A program made the position numbers and the translations under genes. Source: a virus (lineage: Duplodnaviria; Caudoviricetes). From it: a stretch of DNA of 52,885 nt. The stretch lies in IMG/VR virus record IMGVR_UViG_3300011114_000575, positions 1 through 52,885 of that record. The stretch is one strand, 5' to 3'. Below the pieces are notes generated by a model. It searched no databases. It was not told where the DNA came from and saw nothing but the letters and a program-made list of their open reading frames with translations. Below are positions 17,829-26,402 of this stretch, piece after piece. The stretch's first letter is position 1; each line of letters starts with the position of its first letter.

Positions 17829-18638
17829 TCATAGCGCCCGCAACAATCTTGGGTCCACATAAATGTCATTTAGGCGCTTACTCTCAACATCTGAAAACTC
17901 AATCTCACAGAAATTGCCACAATCTGGCAAAATGTGACCTTCTTTTCGGCCTGAGTTGGGGTTGAGTTGGTCAAGAAAAACACGTCCGTTTTTGTCCTTT
18001 AAACATGAATTGCCGATCTCTCTCTCTATGCGCGCCATTTTGGTGAAAGTATCAGGGAAATCCTGTCTGATCTTGTTCCAGTAGCCCGCGCCCCCTTTTA
18101 GGCACCCCACACAGTTGTTGTTCGAGTATCCGAGTTTATACATCATAGGTCTTTCAATACCCATGATGTTCTCAAGGTAGTAGAGCGTATGCTCTTTAGT
18201 CATTTTCTGTTCGATAAGCGGGAAAATTGCTTTTGCCTTTGGATACTGCTCAATAAATCGAATAGCGCGATTGATTTCCTTATTTTTGTATTCAAAGCCA
18301 AAGACTTGGTGGAGGAAGTCTGTTTCTTCTTCAATCCGGTAGCGGACGTTTTTCTTTAGTTCGAGCGTGCAGCGTGCGCCGTTGGGGCCGTTGATATACC
18401 GAGTTTTCTGCGCCACATCGAATTGGTCAAGATACTTTACGGACCTGTGGATTTCAATTTCTTTGCCGTAAACCGCCTCACACTCCTTAATGAACCGCTC
18501 GTTGTCTGGATGCGCCGAATCAATCTTAAAATATATCAAGCGCACTTTGTCTGCGCCGAACTCATCGACGGCCATTTTGCACGCGACTGCTGACGTGACG
18601 CCAGCAGACCACCATGCGATGATGGGTAAGTTGTCCAT
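17829..18638 (-). CDS. PAPS-reductase-like (PP-loop) protein with Cys clusters
   Basis: WWSAGVTSA degenerate PP-loop, CTLELK, NNNCVGC and CGNFC; start MDNLP at 18638 with AAGGA RBS. Confidence 0.75.
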   Translation of the reverse strand: MDNLPIIAWWSAGVTSAVACKMAVDEFGADKVRLIYFKIDSAHPDNERFIKECEAVYGKEIEIHRSVKYLDQFDVAQKTRYINGPNGARCTLELKKNVRYRIEEETDFLHQVFGFEYKNKEINRAIRFIEQYPKAKAIFPLIEQKMTKEHTLYYLENIMGIERPMMYKLGYSNNNCVGCLKGGAGYWNKIRQDFPDTFTKMARIEREIGNSCLKDKNGRVFLDQLNPNSGRKEGHILPDCGNFCEIEFSDVESKRLNDIYVDPRLLRAL

Positions 18639-18752
18639 TTTTTGTCCTTTCTTGGATTTGGATATGAAGTGTGTCACAGTATGACGCCGGACCCCGGCGC
18701 TGTCGAGATGTTGGTGTTGTTTTTTGTGGGTTGTCAATCACATTTATCATGT

Positions 18753-18834
18753 GCCCGCATGGCGGAATGGTAGACGCAACGGACTTAAAATTCGTCGCAA
18801 TTGCGTGCCGGTTCGAGTCCGGCTGCGGGCACCA
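18753..18834 (+). tRNA. trnL: tRNA-Leu (anticodon UAA)
   Basis: Acceptor GCCCGCA/TGCGGGC plus ACCA; D-arm GGCGGAATGGTAGACGC; anticodon arm ACGGA-CTTAAAA-TTCGT; variable arm; T-arm GGTTCGAGTCC. Confidence 0.93.
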
Positions 18835-18865
18835 AAAACTTTTTCCAAAATTTGGCAAACCCCCG

Positions 18866-18894
18866 TTGACGATGGTTTGGGTGTTAGGTATACA
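18866..18894 (+). promoter_or_regulatory. Sigma70-like early promoter TTGACG-N17-TATACA
   Basis: Consensus-like spacing upstream of the GGAGA RBS of 18941. Confidence 0.6.
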
Positions 18895-18940
18895 TCTCCC
18901 CACGCCGATGATGGCGACAAAGATACGTATGGAGATACAG

Positions 18941-19225
18941 ATGAACGTTTCCAACCTCCCCCTCGCTGACCGTTATGCCGCCGCCAAGGGGGTGCTGGAT
19001 GCTGCCCAGAAGGCGGTGGACGAACTCAAGGCCTTGATCAAGGCCACCGGCACCTCCCGCCTGGAGGGTGCGTTCTACGTCGTGGAGGTCGGCCTGTCTG
19101 AGCGTGCGACGCTCGACAGCAAGCTGGTCAAGTCGATCCTCAGCGAGGAGCAGGTTGCGGCCTGCACCAAGGTCTCGATGGTCGAGACGGTTCGCATCAA
19201 GCCGATGGCTGCGACCGGCAAGTAA
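18941..19225 (+). CDS. Hypothetical protein
   Basis: 94 aa, GGAGA RBS, strongly GC3-biased codons. Confidence 0.75.
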   Translation: MNVSNLPLADRYAAAKGVLDAAQKAVDELKALIKATGTSRLEGAFYVVEVGLSERATLDSKLVKSILSEEQVAACTKVSMVETVRIKPMAATGK

Positions 19226-19227
19226 TA

Positions 19228-19250
19228 GGGCGGGGGTTTCGGCCCCCACC
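19228..19250 (+). terminator. Hairpin after 18941..19225
   Basis: GGCGGGGGT-TTCG-GCCCCCACC. Confidence 0.45.
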
Positions 19251-19280
19251 ATTCCCTCAAAATAAAAGGCAACCCACCCC

Positions 19281-19850
19281 ATGATTACCATCAACGACCC
19301 CACCTTGTTCGTCGCCGCCACCCTTTGCACCGGCAAGGAACAGACCCGTCCCTACCTCCACGGGGTCTACATCCAACCGGCCACCGGCGGCGGAATCCTG
19401 CTGACCGCAACCGATGCCCATATTCTCTTTCATGGTTACGACCCCCACGGCACCGCCGAACGCGCCGCCATCGTGGTTCCTGACAAAGGCAAGCTCCCGG
19501 CCCCATGGGCCAAGGGCGGCACGATCACAATCGACCTTGCGCAAGGTGTCATGCGGCACACAACCGGCACCCTAACGGCAGGCTGCCGCGAAGAACCCGG
19601 CTCTTTCCCCCCTTACCCCAACATTATCCCGCGCGATTTTTCTGGCGAAGTCGCGCAGTTCAACCCAACTCTTGTGGCCCGGTTTGGGGATATTGCCAAT
19701 ATCCTGGCAAAAGGCAGTTCCCCAGGCATCCGGCATAATGGCAACGGCCCCGCACTCGTGACCTTTGCCCGGCGGGATTGCTTCGGCGTTGTCATGCCAA
19801 TCCGCATAACGGCCGATCTTTCTATGCCGACCCTTCCCTCTGCGGCTTAA
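19281..19850 (+). CDS. DNA polymerase III beta-clamp-like protein (partial)
   Basis: QTRPYLHGVYI...LTATDAHIL, GSFPPY..IIP and C-terminal GVVMPIR resemble beta-clamp domains; only 189 aa. Confidence 0.7.
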   Translation: MITINDPTLFVAATLCTGKEQTRPYLHGVYIQPATGGGILLTATDAHILFHGYDPHGTAERAAIVVPDKGKLPAPWAKGGTITIDLAQGVMRHTTGTLTAGCREEPGSFPPYPNIIPRDFSGEVAQFNPTLVARFGDIANILAKGSSPGIRHNGNGPALVTFARRDCFGVVMPIRITADLSMPTLPSAA

Positions 19851-19877
19851 ACCTACCACCAACATCAGGAGATTCAC

Positions 19878-20267
19878 ATGCACAAGCTACCATCCGCCCA
19901 AGAGGTCTTTGACATCGTGGTGAACCACCTCTTCACGCAGGGGCGCCCTGCATACGATGGCAACCGCGGCTGCATGTATCGCACACACGACGGCCTGCGC
20001 TGCGCCGTCGGGGTGCTGATCCCAGACGACTTCTACGATCCGGCATTTGAGATAAACGCAGCTGATATCGTCATCCAGGAACTTTTTGAGGCGAACCTCG
20101 CTGATTGGCGCGAGCACAGTCCCTTGCTCTTATCTTTGCAGATGGTCCACGACAAATGCCTCCGCGATCCAGATGAAACTTTCAACACTACAGCTTTAGC
20201 CAGAAGCTTGCGTGACGTTGCAACAGAGTTTTCTTTGGAGTATCGCCGGCCACCCCTTGCAGACTGA
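19878..20267 (+). CDS. Hypothetical protein (CMYR...CAVG motif)
   Basis: 129 aa, AGGAGA RBS; Cys/His motif CMYR..CAVG...LQMVHD. Confidence 0.75.
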   Translation: MHKLPSAQEVFDIVVNHLFTQGRPAYDGNRGCMYRTHDGLRCAVGVLIPDDFYDPAFEINAADIVIQELFEANLADWREHSPLLLSLQMVHDKCLRDPDETFNTTALARSLRDVATEFSLEYRRPPLAD

Positions 20268-20268
20268 T

Positions 20269-20297
20269 TTGCAAATGCCAGCGATGATCTATATGTA
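20269..20297 (+). promoter_or_regulatory. Putative promoter TTGCAA-N17-TATGTA
   Basis: Same TATGTAGG -10 element as at 12962 and 20737. Confidence 0.5.
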
Positions 20298-20342
20298 GGC
20301 GGCAGCCAGGAGGGTCTGGCTATCAATGAGGGAAGAAAGATC

Positions 20343-20636
20343 GTGAGCGATTTTGCTATTAGCAACCACATCCCGGTGCCCGTGAAGCGTGTTGCAGCCA
20401 CCCGTCAGGGTCGTAAGGCGCGCTATCCGTTTGAGGCGCTGGAGGTTGGCCAGAGCTTTTTTGTGCCGAACGCCTGCCTGAATAAGTCCGCCCGTAAGGA
20501 TGGGCAGATCGTGTTTTCGGCCGTGCCGGCGCGCAAGCGTCACCCGGATCGGAAGTTCGTGTGCCGCGCGATGGACGAAAGCCACAACGGCGTCCTGATC
20601 TCCGGCGTTCGCGTGTGGCGCGTGCCGACTGAATAA
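20343..20636 (+). CDS. Small putative DNA-binding protein (YPF..LEVGQSFFVP...GVRVWR)
   Basis: 97 aa; paralogous to the N-terminal half of 28394..28933. Confidence 0.75.
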   Translation: MSDFAISNHIPVPVKRVAATRQGRKARYPFEALEVGQSFFVPNACLNKSARKDGQIVFSAVPARKRHPDRKFVCRAMDESHNGVLISGVRVWRVPTE

Positions 20637-20658
20637 CCCACCTATTTTCGGGTGGCAG

Positions 20659-20693
20659 AATGCGCTTGGGGGCAACTCCAGGCGCATTTTTTT
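20659..20693 (+). terminator. Rho-independent terminator
   Basis: AATGCGCTTGGGG-GCAA-CTCCAGGCGCATT followed by a T-run. Confidence 0.8.
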
Positions 20694-20714
20694 GTGTTTT
20701 TTGAAAATACCATG

Positions 20715-20742
20715 TTGCCGAATTTGGTAGGTGCTGTATGTA
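20715..20742 (+). promoter_or_regulatory. Putative promoter TTGCCG-N16-TATGTA
   Basis: Upstream of the helicase; shares its leader with 12913-12985. Confidence 0.55.
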
Positions 20743-20784
20743 GGTGTCACGGGATTAGCCCGATAAATCGTATGGAGATAGCAA

Positions 20785-22287
20785 GTGACATTCATCCCCT
20801 CGCCGCAGCAGGCAGACTTCCTGAATTGGGTTTCTAACGGGTCTGGTTCGTGCGTGCTGGAGGCTGTTGCAGGCGCCGGCAAGACCACCACCCTGCTGGA
20901 AGCAGTTGACCGCACTGGTGGCGGCGTAGCTATCCTGGCCTACAACAAGATGATTGCGGAGGAGATTAAGGGGAAGTTGCTGAAGCGTGGCGTCGACTGG
21001 AAGACGGCAGAAGCCGGCACCGTCCACAGCTTCGGCTTCCGCGCCTATCGCAAGGCCTTCCCCAAGGTCAAGGTTGAGGGTGGCAAGACGTTTGCTGTCC
21101 TGGATCAGATGTTCAAGGACGCGCCTGCGCATCACATCAGCCGCACGCATGGCGCCGGCATTGCTAGCCTTGTCTCCCTGGCCAAGCAGCGCGCCATTGG
21201 CGTGGTCGGCTCCATCGACAACCGCAAGCTGTGGAACGACATTGTCGACCACTTTGGCTTGTTCGGCGACGATGAAGATGAGAAGATTGAAGCTATCATC
21301 GAGGTCGCCATTGCGGCACTGAAGACGTCGAACCTCACCACCGATGTGATTGACTTCGATGACATGGTCTATCTGCCGCTCATCCATAAGGTGCGCTTCT
21401 GGCGCTACAAGTGGGTGTTTGTCGATGAGGCGCAGGATACCAACCCCGCCCGTCGCGCCCTGGTGAAGGCCCTCCTGGCGCCGTTTGGGCGGGTGGTGGC
21501 GGTAGGTGACCGCGCCCAGGCCATCTACGGTTTTACGGGCGCCGACGCCGACAGCCTCGACCTGATCGCCGACGAGTTCAACGCCATTCGCATGCCGCTG
21601 ACCACCACCTACCGCTGCCCCAAGGCGGTTGTGAACTTTGCCCAGCGTTGGGTCTCGCACATCGAGGCAGCCGATACCGCGCCTGAGGGTGAGGTGGGGT
21701 CGATTGACGTTTCCTATATGATTAGCCACGAGGATCTGAATCGCGGTTCGGCCATTCTCTGCCGCAACACTGCCCCCATCATCAGCCTTGCCTTCCAGCT
21801 TATCCGCCAGGGCGTTGGCTGCCGCGTCGAGGGGCGCGACATTGGCCAGGGGCTCATCAAGCTGGCGACGAAGTGGAAGACCGTGAAGACGCTTGCAGGC
21901 CTGGAGAGCGCGCTGGAGAAGTGGGCGGATCGGCAGATTGCCCGCGCTCAGGCGAAGAACGCGGCTGCCGTGGCCCAGACCATCACCGACCAGCGTGAGA
22001 CACTCCAGGTGGTCATTGACCGCTGCCGCGAGCAGAAGCGGGACGGCATCGACCACGTCGTGGCCGCCATTCAGGGCATCTTTGCGGACAACGTCACGGA
22101 CATGCTGGTTCTTTCGACCATCCACAAGTCCAAGGGCCGCGAGTGGGATACCGTGTTCTGGCTGGATCGTCTCGGCACCCTGCCGAGCAAGTATGCCCGG
22201 CAGGAGTGGCAGCTTCAGCAAGAGGATAACCTCTGCTACGTTGCAGCCACACGCGCTAAGCGGTGCCTTATCGAGGTTGTAGTGTAG
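20785..22287 (+). CDS. UvrD/Rep-like superfamily 1 DNA helicase
   Basis: AVAGAGKTT, VDEAQD, VGDRAQAIYGF, TYRCP, STIHKSKGRE and YVAATRA. Confidence 0.95.
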   Translation: MTFIPSPQQADFLNWVSNGSGSCVLEAVAGAGKTTTLLEAVDRTGGGVAILAYNKMIAEEIKGKLLKRGVDWKTAEAGTVHSFGFRAYRKAFPKVKVEGGKTFAVLDQMFKDAPAHHISRTHGAGIASLVSLAKQRAIGVVGSIDNRKLWNDIVDHFGLFGDDEDEKIEAIIEVAIAALKTSNLTTDVIDFDDMVYLPLIHKVRFWRYKWVFVDEAQDTNPARRALVKALLAPFGRVVAVGDRAQAIYGFTGADADSLDLIADEFNAIRMPLTTTYRCPKAVVNFAQRWVSHIEAADTAPEGEVGSIDVSYMISHEDLNRGSAILCRNTAPIISLAFQLIRQGVGCRVEGRDIGQGLIKLATKWKTVKTLAGLESALEKWADRQIARAQAKNAAAVAQTITDQRETLQVVIDRCREQKRDGIDHVVAAIQGIFADNVTDMLVLSTIHKSKGREWDTVFWLDRLGTLPSKYARQEWQLQQEDNLCYVAATRAKRCLIEVVV

Positions 22288-22295
22288 GAGATGTG

Positions 22296-22463
22296 ATGAA
22301 GGACGGAAAAGAATGGGGTTACTGGCTGGGCGATCAGTGGATCGTCCTGCCACGCCTACCTCTAATTAGGGCAGGCTTCTTAGAGCCGCCCTTTGATGTT
22401 GAAAGGCCAGACGGTAAAATTCTTCATGTCATCGCCAGAAATGTAGTTGACAAGCCTACCTAG
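22296..22463 (+). CDS. Small hypothetical protein
   Basis: AGGAG RBS; 55 aa. Confidence 0.55.
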   Translation: MKDGKEWGYWLGDQWIVLPRLPLIRAGFLEPPFDVERPDGKILHVIARNVVDKPT

Positions 22464-22480
22464 TCAGGCAATTATCGTGT

Positions 22481-22561
22481 GCCAAATGTCTTTGACATTG
22501 TTGGGCGTTCCTCCCTAAACTAACCGGCCTAATATCAGTTTGGTGTTAGGTCGGTCTTTTT
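22481..22561 (+). ncRNA. Candidate small RNA with single-stranded anti-SD motif (UUCCUCCC)
   Basis: TTGACA at 22447; 5' hairpin AATGTC/GACATT; GTTCCTCCCTAAACT linker; 15-bp terminator stem 22523-22555 plus T-run. Confidence 0.5.
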
Positions 22562-22569
22562 AGGATTAG

Positions 22570-23331
22570 ATGGAGAATATATTGGATAATCCGTTCCAGC
22601 GATTTGGTATCGCTCACTTGTCACCATCGACGGCAAATCTTTTTGCAAAGGCGCCCGCGTCTTTTGTGATGACGAAGATTTTTGGCTTTCGTGGTCAGGT
22701 TGGCGTTGCCGCGTTTCGTGGGACGGCTGTTGAGTCTGGCATTGCCCATGGGCTTGTGAATGGCGCAGAGGTGTCCGAATGCGTTGACCTCGCCAAGAAG
22801 GAATTTGCTCGTCTCAGTGCCTTCTCGACCGATCCTAAGAAGGAAACTGAGCAGGGCAACATCGCCGACATGGTCAAGATTGGTCTATACGAGTTGCTGC
22901 CTTATGGGCGGCCGACTTCGACCCAGGGTGCCATTCGCGTTGATGTTGAGGGTTTATCTGTGCCGATCATCGGCTACTATGACTTCATGTGGGCCGATCA
23001 CGGTATCATCGTCGATCTGAAGACAAGCTATCGCCTGACAAGCAAAGTGGAATCCGCGCATGCCCGTCAGGTCTCGCTGTATTCTCGTGCGATGAACACC
23101 AAAGACGCTCGCATTTGCTACGTGACGCCAAAGAAGAGTGCCGTCTACACTGTTGAAAACCTTGACGGTCACTTTAACTCTCTTGTGCAGATTTCTTTGG
23201 CGATGCAGAGTTTTCTGTCAAAGGCGCAGACAAAGGAAGAGGTTGCCTCTATGATTGCGCCTGATATTGACAGCTTCTACTACAACGATCCCCTTCAGCG
23301 CCAACGCGCTTTTGAGATTTGGGGGGTTTAG
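22570..23331 (+). CDS. PD-(D/E)XK exonuclease (RecB/Cas4-like)
   Basis: HLSPST, RGTAVE, IIGYYDF...IVDLKT and RQVSLY motifs. Confidence 0.85.
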   Translation: MENILDNPFQRFGIAHLSPSTANLFAKAPASFVMTKIFGFRGQVGVAAFRGTAVESGIAHGLVNGAEVSECVDLAKKEFARLSAFSTDPKKETEQGNIADMVKIGLYELLPYGRPTSTQGAIRVDVEGLSVPIIGYYDFMWADHGIIVDLKTSYRLTSKVESAHARQVSLYSRAMNTKDARICYVTPKKSAVYTVENLDGHFNSLVQISLAMQSFLSKAQTKEEVASMIAPDIDSFYYNDPLQRQRAFEIWGV

Positions 23332-23395
23332 AACTTCGCCCATTGGGGCAAGAGCGAGTGGTGGGCTAGATCACCACATTTTGGAGAATGGTAAA

Positions 23396-24115
23396 ATGGC
23401 TCTGAACTTTGGTTTCATGAACCAGCCCGAAGGCGGTCAGACGTTCCTCCCCTTCGTCAAGTATGACTCGCGCGCTGGCCGCATGTTCCGCGTCGACAAG
23501 AAGGCGGATGGCTCCACTGAGAATGTCGACATCACCCGGTCGTTCAAGGCGCTGGTTGACCTGGAGAATGTCGAGACGGGCTGGATGCACTTCGCTGCTG
23601 GCGCCGCGCCCATCTATGCACTGAGCCGGCACGATGAGCCGAATCCGCCTAAGCCTGTGGCTGAGGCGAAGGAGGGTGTGCGCTTGGTCTTGCAGCTTGG
23701 CAACGCCTGCGGCGGCGACGTGCGCGAGATTTCCAGCAACGCCAAGAGCCTGTTGATGGGCATCAGCGAACTGCACAGCGCCTACGAGGCGGGTCTGAAG
23801 GACAACCTTGGCAAGCTGCCCATCGTCACTCTGTCCGACACCAAGCCGGTCTTGTCGACGGGTAAGAACGGCTCCTCCACCAACTACATGCCTGTGTTTG
23901 AGATTGTCGGGTGGGCGCCGCGTTCGGCGCAGCTTGTGTGGTCCCCTAAGGGCAACACGGTCATGGAGGCGGCGGCACCTGCTGCGCCTACCTTTGCTCC
24001 TGCTACCAACGCCCAGGCCCCCAGGACTGGCTCCACCCTGGTGGCGCCGCCGGCTCAGACTGCGACGTTCACGGCTCCTCCGGCGACAAGCGTTGCCGAG
24101 GATGATTTCGGCTAA
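23396..24115 (+). CDS. Putative single-stranded DNA-binding / annealing protein
   Basis: Follows the exonuclease; aromatic OB-like core, Pro/Ala linker, acidic tail AEDDFG; GGAGA RBS. Confidence 0.65.
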   Translation: MALNFGFMNQPEGGQTFLPFVKYDSRAGRMFRVDKKADGSTENVDITRSFKALVDLENVETGWMHFAAGAAPIYALSRHDEPNPPKPVAEAKEGVRLVLQLGNACGGDVREISSNAKSLLMGISELHSAYEAGLKDNLGKLPIVTLSDTKPVLSTGKNGSSTNYMPVFEIVGWAPRSAQLVWSPKGNTVMEAAAPAAPTFAPATNAQAPRTGSTLVAPPAQTATFTAPPATSVAEDDFG

Positions 24116-24124
24116 CCTGACTAT

Positions 24125-24148
24125 GTAGTGGGGCGAAAGCCCCACTAC
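24125..24148 (+). terminator. GAAA-tetraloop hairpin
   Basis: GTAGTGGGGC-GAAA-GCCCCACTAC perfect 10-bp stem; no clear U-tract. Confidence 0.6.
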
Positions 24149-24166
24149 ACCATCAAAGGACAAACA

Positions 24167-24487
24167 ATGCGATTTCTAGTGACTATGAATATGGGTTCTG
24201 GCAACAATAACCTTGTTCACCAATTTGTTTTCGACCATGAATCCGACTCTTTGTCGGCCCTACTTGAATACATCAACGACAATAGCTTTATCCTCGTAAC
24301 TCACTACTATTGGGATAAGGAGCGTCGTGGCCTTCGCAATATGGGGCGCATGGTCATCAACACCTACCACATGGGCAAGGTGGTTGAATACACGGGCGCT
24401 GGCGGTGAAGTTTCTGACACGACAGGCCTTTCTCTGCTGTCGCCAAGCACCGAGAATGGTCAACAAAGGCGCTTGACAAGAACGTAA
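24167..24487 (+). CDS. Hypothetical protein
   Basis: AAGGA RBS, start MRFLVTMNM. Confidence 0.7.
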   Translation: MRFLVTMNMGSGNNNLVHQFVFDHESDSLSALLEYINDNSFILVTHYYWDKERRGLRNMGRMVINTYHMGKVVEYTGAGGEVSDTTGLSLLSPSTENGQQRRLTRT

Positions 24488-24531
24488 AACAAGACAAGAT
24501 AGCCATCTAAATATGGCTTATGGAGATAGAT

Positions 24532-24798
24532 ATGTCTGAAAATACCTCAGTTATGGACGACTTTCTCAATGCAATAGATGAGGCAAGAGCAAACGAAATA
24601 GAGAGAAAATTCTTTGAAGATATTTTGAACGAAGCCGAACAAATTCCCACTGTCGTCGCTGCTATAGCGTTTATCATCTGCCGACTTGCCACAAAAGAGG
24701 CCAATGATGGTGTGGAGGAACGTAATCCAATAGACTTTTTGAGTATGATAGCTGCTTTGGTTTTGGAAACCAAAGTGACCAAATATTCCTTGAATTGA
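24532..24798 (+). CDS. Hypothetical protein (AT-rich)
   Basis: GGAGA RBS; TTGACA at 24473. Confidence 0.65.
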   Translation: MSENTSVMDDFLNAIDEARANEIERKFFEDILNEAEQIPTVVAAIAFIICRLATKEANDGVEERNPIDFLSMIAALVLETKVTKYSLN

Positions 24799-24815
24799 TA
24801 TAGAAGGAGGGGAAA

Positions 24816-25160
24816 ATGAATGAACGTATGAAGCTGTTGGAGGCGGTGGTGGCGGCGGCGGATTCGTTGGACGTGGCGATTTCGTGCGGCGATAAGTTGC
24901 TGGAATGGCGGCACCGCAAGCTAAAAGCGGCGCTTCGTGCCTATCGCACCTTCCTCGCCCTCCCCGCCCAGCCGCAGGGGGAGACGGTGGGCAAGGTGGT
25001 GCAAATCGCAGCCATAGGCGCAAACAACGGGGTAGCGGCTTGCGTGTTTGCCCTGCGTGATGACGGCTCGATCTGGGGCAAGCGGGTGGATCGCGATGGG
25101 GCGAAGTGGTGGCGGGAGGATGATATCCCCGCCACCGTCACGCTGGAGGTGACGCCGTGA
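24816..25160 (+). CDS. Hypothetical protein
   Basis: AGGAGG RBS; first of a translationally coupled string. Confidence 0.65.
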   Translation: MNERMKLLEAVVAAADSLDVAISCGDKLLEWRHRKLKAALRAYRTFLALPAQPQGETVGKVVQIAAIGANNGVAACVFALRDDGSIWGKRVDRDGAKWWREDDIPATVTLEVTP

Positions 25161-25447
25161 GCGCGCGGGATGTGCTGGCAATGGCGCTGGTTCGCCACAT
25201 TGAAGGCGACAGCGTGACCCGTGATCTTATCACGGATGACGAGTGGGCCGGATATCTGTCCGATGCGGATTATGTGTCTGGCCTGATCTTCGCCGCCGGT
25301 TACGCGGTGGTGCCGAGGGAGCCTACGCCGAAGATGTGCAGCATGGGTGCCGATGAATTGCCGACGCCCACATGCGAAAGCACCGACGAGGAAGCCGCTG
25401 CCGAGGTTTACCGCGCCATGCTCGCAGCATCGGAGCCCCAGCCATGA
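25157..25447 (+). CDS. Hypothetical protein (VVPREPT..M...YRAML motif)
   Basis: GTGA overlap, GGAGG RBS. Confidence 0.7.
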   Translation: MSARDVLAMALVRHIEGDSVTRDLITDDEWAGYLSDADYVSGLIFAAGYAVVPREPTPKMCSMGADELPTPTCESTDEEAAAEVYRAMLAASEPQP

Positions 25448-25758
25448 CCGCCGACGACGTGGTGGAGGTGATGGCGCGGGCCAGTTTCATGCGGAACTGG
25501 GCAACCGACCCGAACGGCATGGGCGAAGATGAACTGTTCGAGCTGCGGAAGAAGACTGACCGCGCTGTGTGGCAGATGCACCTTGCCAACACCCGCGCCG
25601 CGATCCGCGCCATCACCGCATCCGGCGGCCTGGTGGTGGGGAAGATGCCTGATGAAATGAAAGCGCTGGCAGTAACGCAGTGGAGCAAGGGATGGCTTGA
25701 AGGCCACAAGGAAGCCCTCGCCGCAGTCCGCGCGAACGCGGTGAAGGTGGAGCCATGA
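25444..25758 (+). CDS. Hypothetical protein
   Basis: ATGA overlap. Confidence 0.65.
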   Translation: MTADDVVEVMARASFMRNWATDPNGMGEDELFELRKKTDRAVWQMHLANTRAAIRAITASGGLVVGKMPDEMKALAVTQWSKGWLEGHKEALAAVRANAVKVEP

Positions 25759-25988
25759 CCGCCCCTCGCGACTGCCGGCCGACGGAGAATACGCCGCCCG
25801 GTTCGGTATTCGACCTGATCCAGACGCGCTCTGGTGATGCGTATCCGATCATTGCTGTCTGGTGCGGAAACGACGAGTGGTTCCTATGGGGCGGGCGCCG
25901 CATGATGACGCCGGCCGAGGTCGCCGCCGAAGGGTGGCGCATTGACCCAGACGGCGAGCATGTCATCGCGGAGCCGCCCCATGAGTGA
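25755..25988 (+). CDS. Hypothetical protein, CRP...GWR family
   Basis: ATGA overlap; paralog of 26749..26976. Confidence 0.65.
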   Translation: MTAPRDCRPTENTPPGSVFDLIQTRSGDAYPIIAVWCGNDEWFLWGGRRMMTPAEVAAEGWRIDPDGEHVIAEPPHE

Positions 25989-26178
25989 GCGCGCGACGTG
26001 CGAGACGTGCCGGTGGTGGGAAAAAGCACGACCGGGCGCGCAGATAGACGGCTTGTGCCGCAAATACGCCCCCCGGCCTTCCGCTATCAACAACGGTCAA
26101 TGGCACAACGGAGATTGGCCTGCGACCTGTGAACGCGACTGGTGCGGCGAACACCAGCCGAAGCCGCCACACAGATGA
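25981..26178 (+). CDS. Small Cys-rich protein
   Basis: CETCRWW...GLCRKYAP...WP...DWCGEH, a probable metal-binding motif. Confidence 0.7.
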   Translation: MSERATCETCRWWEKARPGAQIDGLCRKYAPRPSAINNGQWHNGDWPATCERDWCGEHQPKPPHR

Positions 26179-26402
26179 CCCAAAGCAAAGTCATCGACAT
26201 GGCTGGGCGGCGCATCAACGAGTGGTTTGTCGTTGAACGTGCCCAGGGTGTTGGGCCTGGAACATCAAAAGCAAAATGGTGGGTAGTGTGCCCCGCCTGC
26301 GGCGAGCAGCACTATGAGACTGGAAGCAAGCTGCGCGCTGCGGAACAAAATCGCTGGATCATATGGTGCCGCGCGTGCGGCTTGAACGGAGTAAAGAAAT
26401 GA
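26175..26402 (+). CDS. Small Zn-ribbon protein
   Basis: DMAGRRINEW...WWVVCPACG...CRACG; similar to 16750..16953. Confidence 0.65.
   Translation: MTQSKVIDMAGRRINEWFVVERAQGVGPGTSKAKWWVVCPACGEQHYETGSKLRAAEQNRWIIWCRACGLNGVKK

Noticed and set aside
18753-18834. tRNA as attP/attL evidence of a prophage
   Set aside because: No integrase, no duplicated tRNA 3' end and no flanking host genes.
18671-18940. N-terminal extension of ORF 18671..19225, and of 17829..18737 beyond 18638
   Set aside because: They overlap the tRNA and promoter region; better RBS-supported starts exist at 18941 and 18638.
20755-22353. 532-aa minus-strand ORF
   Set aside because: Antisense shadow of the UvrD-like helicase caused by GC3 bias; no motifs.
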